Under the pieces are notes generated by a model. That model did no database searches, was not told where the DNA came from, and saw only the letters and a program-made list of their open reading frames with translations. From NCBI GenBank assembly GCA_016841065.1, contig JAENZW010000001.1:6502-70501 (forward strand): a stretch of 64,000 nucleotides of DNA. Reading direction: 5' to 3'. The stretch is from Actinomycetota bacterium. Its GTDB lineage: Bacteria > Actinomycetota > Coriobacteriia > Anaerosomatales > JAENZW01. The position numbers and the translations under genes were made by a program. Every line of letters begins with the position of its first letter. Position 1 is the first letter of the stretch. This document shows positions 63,181 to 64,000 of this stretch, one piece after another.

Positions 63181-64000
63181 TCACGATCCGGCTTGGCGCC
63201 CCTCTGCTCCCGGCTGACTCAACACCGCTGCAATCTCCTCCGCGACTTCGCGCGGGATTCCGGATACGGCAGCGATCTCGTCGACCGTAGCCGCACGCAA
63301 GCGCTTCACCGAACCGAACGCCTTGAGGAGCGCCTTCTTGCGCTTCGGCCCCACGCCGGGAATGTCGTCGAGCACGCTGGCCGTCATCGCCTTGCCACGC
63401 AGTTCGCGGTGATATCCGATCGCGAAACGATGGGCTTCATCGCGCACCCTCTTCACGAGGTAGAGCGACTCGGAGCCATTCGGCAGAACGACGGGATCCT
63501 CCCATCCGGGCACGAACAGCTCCTCCTCGCGCTTCGCGAGCGCCACCACCGGAATGTCACCGGCGTCCGCTTCTTCCATCGCGCGAATTGCCGAAGACAG
63601 CTGCGGCTTGCCACCGTCGACGATCACGAGATCCGGCGTACTGCCGAAGCGCCCATCCGCGCGGCGCTCCGGCGCGAATCTGCGTCGCAGGACCTCGGAC
63701 ATCATCGCGACATCGTTGGCCTCGGACGCATCCATACGAACGCGGAAGCGTCGGTAGGATTTCGCGTCTGCCCGTCCGTTCGTGAATACCACCATCGAAC
63801 CGACCGAATGGCGCCCGTGAATCGTCGAGATGTCGTAGCACTCGATGCGCAGCGGCGGTGCCGGGAGGGCGATCGCACTCTCTAGCTGCAGCAATGCGGC
63901 GTTGAGCCGCTCCTCGTCGTAGCGCGTGCGAACCTTGAAGCGCAGCAGGGTGTGCCGCGCGTTGCTTTCGGCAAGGCCTATCCACTCGCGCTTCTCGCCG
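63181..64000 (-). CDS. uvrC: excinuclease ABC subunit C, 5' end outside window
   Basis: The frame stays open upstream of the track ORF (63181..63894) to the window edge. RIECYDISTIHG..., an endonuclease V-like domain, and a C-terminal (HhH)2 (LDDIPGVGPKRKKALLKAFGS). Confidence 0.9.
   Translation of the reverse strand, partial: GEKREWIGLAESNARHTLLRFKVRTRYDEERLNAALLQLESAIALPAPPLRIECYDISTIHGRHSVGSMVVFTNGRADAKSYRRFRVRMDASEANDVAMMSEVLRRRFAPERRADGRFGSTPDLVIVDGGKPQLSSAIRAMEEADAGDIPVVALAKREEELFVPGWEDPVVLPNGSESLYLVKRVRDEAHRFAIGYHRELRGKAMTASVLDDIPGVGPKRKKALLKAFGSVKRLRAATVDEIAAVSGIPREVAEEIAAVLSQPGAEGRQAGS

Overview
GC-rich chromosomal segment, almost entirely housekeeping or accessory-physiology genes. 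I found no transposase, integrase, phage gene or CRISPR array. I call 61 CDS (2 truncated by the window edges, 2 below the ORF-track size cutoff), 4 tRNAs (Val-GAC, Gly-GCC, Cys-GCA, and a Leu-GAG hidden in a convergent intergenic gap), one yybP-ykoY Mn2+ riboswitch, several promoters/operators and some terminators. Most genes are on the minus strand. The right end has the order uvrC-rapZ-yvcK-whiA-gap-pgk-tpiA-gpmI-secG, followed by an opp/dpp-type peptide ABC operon. The left end has acs, a 2Fe-2S/ASKHA protein, DegV, HIT, xseAB, a YugP-like peptidase and rnd. The most interesting content is regulatory. (1) An rpoN / PAS histidine kinase / NtrC-type activator operon sits directly upstream of a consensus sigma-54 promoter (TGGCAC-N5-TTGCA). 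A second sigma-54-type promoter lies further inside. Together they appear to drive a copper-handling operon: Zn-ribbon membrane protein, DsbD_2-cupredoxin fusion, CopZ, cupredoxin, CopA. (2) A CsoR/RcnR-family repressor gene is present, and its predicted operator (ATACCC-N-GGGGGTAT) occurs three times. Each copy lies inside the spacer of a good sigma-70-type promoter, linking ccdA, a trxA/Zn-ribbon/DUF302 operon and a CDF-EamA/csoR divergon. (3) A Mn riboswitch precedes a UPF0016 / CXXCH lipoprotein / TerC gene string. (4) A STAS-RsbW fusion protein is translationally coupled to a 1096-aa HAMP-GAF-PP2C sensor, with no sigma factor nearby. (5) Smaller leads are an unannotated 46-aa signal-peptide Cys-rich ORF, a B12-radical-SAM operon with a degenerate radical-SAM-like partner and an aminotransferase, and an unassigned structured region in a 508-bp intergenic gap. 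All functions are inferred from motifs I can read in the translations. No database search was possible. Many long ORFs in the track are GC-driven shadow ORFs and were rejected.
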